Assembly: GCA_964558295.1 (NCBI GenBank)
Contig: CAZLDQ010000029.1
Span: 1-36,160, forward strand
DNA from: an uncultured Planctomycetaceae bacterium
Lineage (GTDB): Bacteria; Planctomycetota; Planctomycetia; Pirellulales; Thermoguttaceae
DNA: 36,160 nucleotides
Direction: 5' to 3'
The notes beneath the pieces were generated by a model. The model saw only the letters and a program-made list of their open reading frames with translations. It made no database searches and was not told the origin of the DNA. This document shows, piece after piece, positions 35,383-36,160 of the stretch. Both the position numbers and the translations under genes were made by a program. Position 1 is the stretch's first letter, and each line of letters begins with the position of its first letter.

Positions 35383-35757
35383 CTATTTGCGATTTCGCTT
35401 TCGTCGACCGAGAAGGCCGATCTTTACTAAGTGCTCGGCTTGCTGGTCGTCGCTTGGTCGGTTCCGGTTGCGAATGCGGATTCCGTCGGCAACCCCGATG
35501 TGTGTCAGTTGCCATTCCCATGCCGGCTTCGGCGAGCAATCAAATTGCCACCATGCCCAAGGTCGGGTCATGCCGCCCTGGTATTTGGCCATGATCGCCA
35601 CACGGTGCAACTCCCACGCTTCGCGTAGCTCATCCAGCGACGGGCAGGGCAGGCGTTGTCCCTGCGTGTTGAACGTGAAGGTGTGGCCATCATTCAAAAT
35701 CCGCGCCAAGTCGGGCTCGCCGCCGTGGCGGCTACGGGCGATGCGTCGAACTCCCAT
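35383..35757 (-). CDS. Hypothetical phage protein (125 aa).
   Basis: Start ATG 35757 overlaps the TerS stop (TAATG). No recognisable HNH or terminase-large motifs. Confidence 0.4.
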   Translation of the reverse strand: MGVRRIARSRHGGEPDLARILNDGHTFTFNTQGQRLPCPSLDELREAWELHRVAIMAKYQGGMTRPWAWWQFDCSPKPAWEWQLTHIGVADGIRIRNRNRPSDDQQAEHLVKIGLLGRRKRNRK

Positions 35758-36098
35758 TAGCGCTGCCCTCCAATCCTTGGCGGGCGGGTGTTCTCGGGCG
35801 TGGCGACATCGAACCCCAGTTCGCGAATGAGTCTCGCGAAGGCAAGCCTGCTGTCTCGCTCCACGGCGATCTCCGGCCGGCTGCGAGGGCTGCCGTAGCG
35901 GTCCTCGAAGGTCAAGCCTTCCTTGTCGAGAATTGCACGGGCTTCTTGGCACCGATCCCAACTTTCTGCGGCGAGTGTCAACAGTCTCACGTGATGACTT
36001 TCAAGCTCGAACGCTTCCACCACTTCCGCGAACCATCGTTTGGTTGCCGCTCGCAGGTGGTTGGGAGCCTTGATGGTTTTCCTTTGCCTCTGAACCAT
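35757..36098 (-). CDS. Phage terminase small subunit, P27 family.
   Basis: WFAEVVEAFELESHHVRLLTLAAESWDRCQEARAILDKEGLTFEDRYGSPRSRPEIAVERDSRLAFARLIRELGFDVATPE follows the P27-family TerS pattern (..yc.aw....ea...i.keGl.........NP...i...a......l..elGltP). Confidence 0.78.
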   Translation of the reverse strand: MVQRQRKTIKAPNHLRAATKRWFAEVVEAFELESHHVRLLTLAAESWDRCQEARAILDKEGLTFEDRYGSPRSRPEIAVERDSRLAFARLIRELGFDVATPENTRPPRIGGQR

Positions 36099-36160
36099 TG
36101 GATGAACTCAACTCGTTTTGAACGGGGGGAACGAAAAAACACGCGATGCTGGGGAAGCGG

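Larger units (their letters stand above)
24755..36160 (-). mobile_element. Prophage-like integrative element inserted at the tRNA-Leu 3' end; right boundary lies beyond the window.
   Basis: Integrase 16 nt from the tRNA 3' end. All downstream genes are minus-strand. Tape-measure protein, HK97 prohead protease, P27 terminase small subunit and a fibre-like repeat protein are present. No capsid, portal or large terminase is recognised in the window. Confidence 0.75.

Overview
High-GC (~60%+) bacterial chromosome segment whose gene content (hpnC-hpnD-hpnE squalene pathway, large secreted parallel beta-helix protein, HEAT-repeat lipoprotein, zinc-ribbon membrane proteins) fits a Planctomycetota-like genome; this taxonomic call is inference only. 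Positions 1-24754 are mostly chromosomal housekeeping genes: an SPFH/band-7 protein, a DacZ-like diadenylate cyclase, ilvD, a HAD hydrolase, xylA, an SDR oxidoreductase, ispH divergent from hpnCDE, a beta-helix protein, leuA, and tRNA-Leu(TAA). A UPF0175/DUF3368 (PIN-like) toxin-antitoxin pair sits inside the hpn operon, and its toxin stop overlaps the hpnE start by ATGA. From the tRNA-Leu 3' end (24755) to the window end, every gene is on the minus strand and the region is phage-like: tyrosine integrase, a small gene bracketed by ~270-bp direct repeats and GC palindromes, hypothetical proteins, a large tail-fibre/adhesin-like protein carrying seven 54-bp in-frame tandem repeats, an SseB-like small protein, tape-measure protein, HK97 prohead protease, small ORFs, and a P27-family terminase small subunit. 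No recognisable major capsid, portal or large terminase lies in the window, so this is either a degenerate prophage, a satellite, or an element with very divergent structural genes; its right end is outside the window. A G-rich repeat element with perfect plant-telomere-type (GGGTTTA)7 heptads occurs twice (1-215 and 4513-4650), each time directly 3' of a minus-strand gene. A possible Leu-codon leader peptide with an intrinsic terminator lies upstream of leuA.
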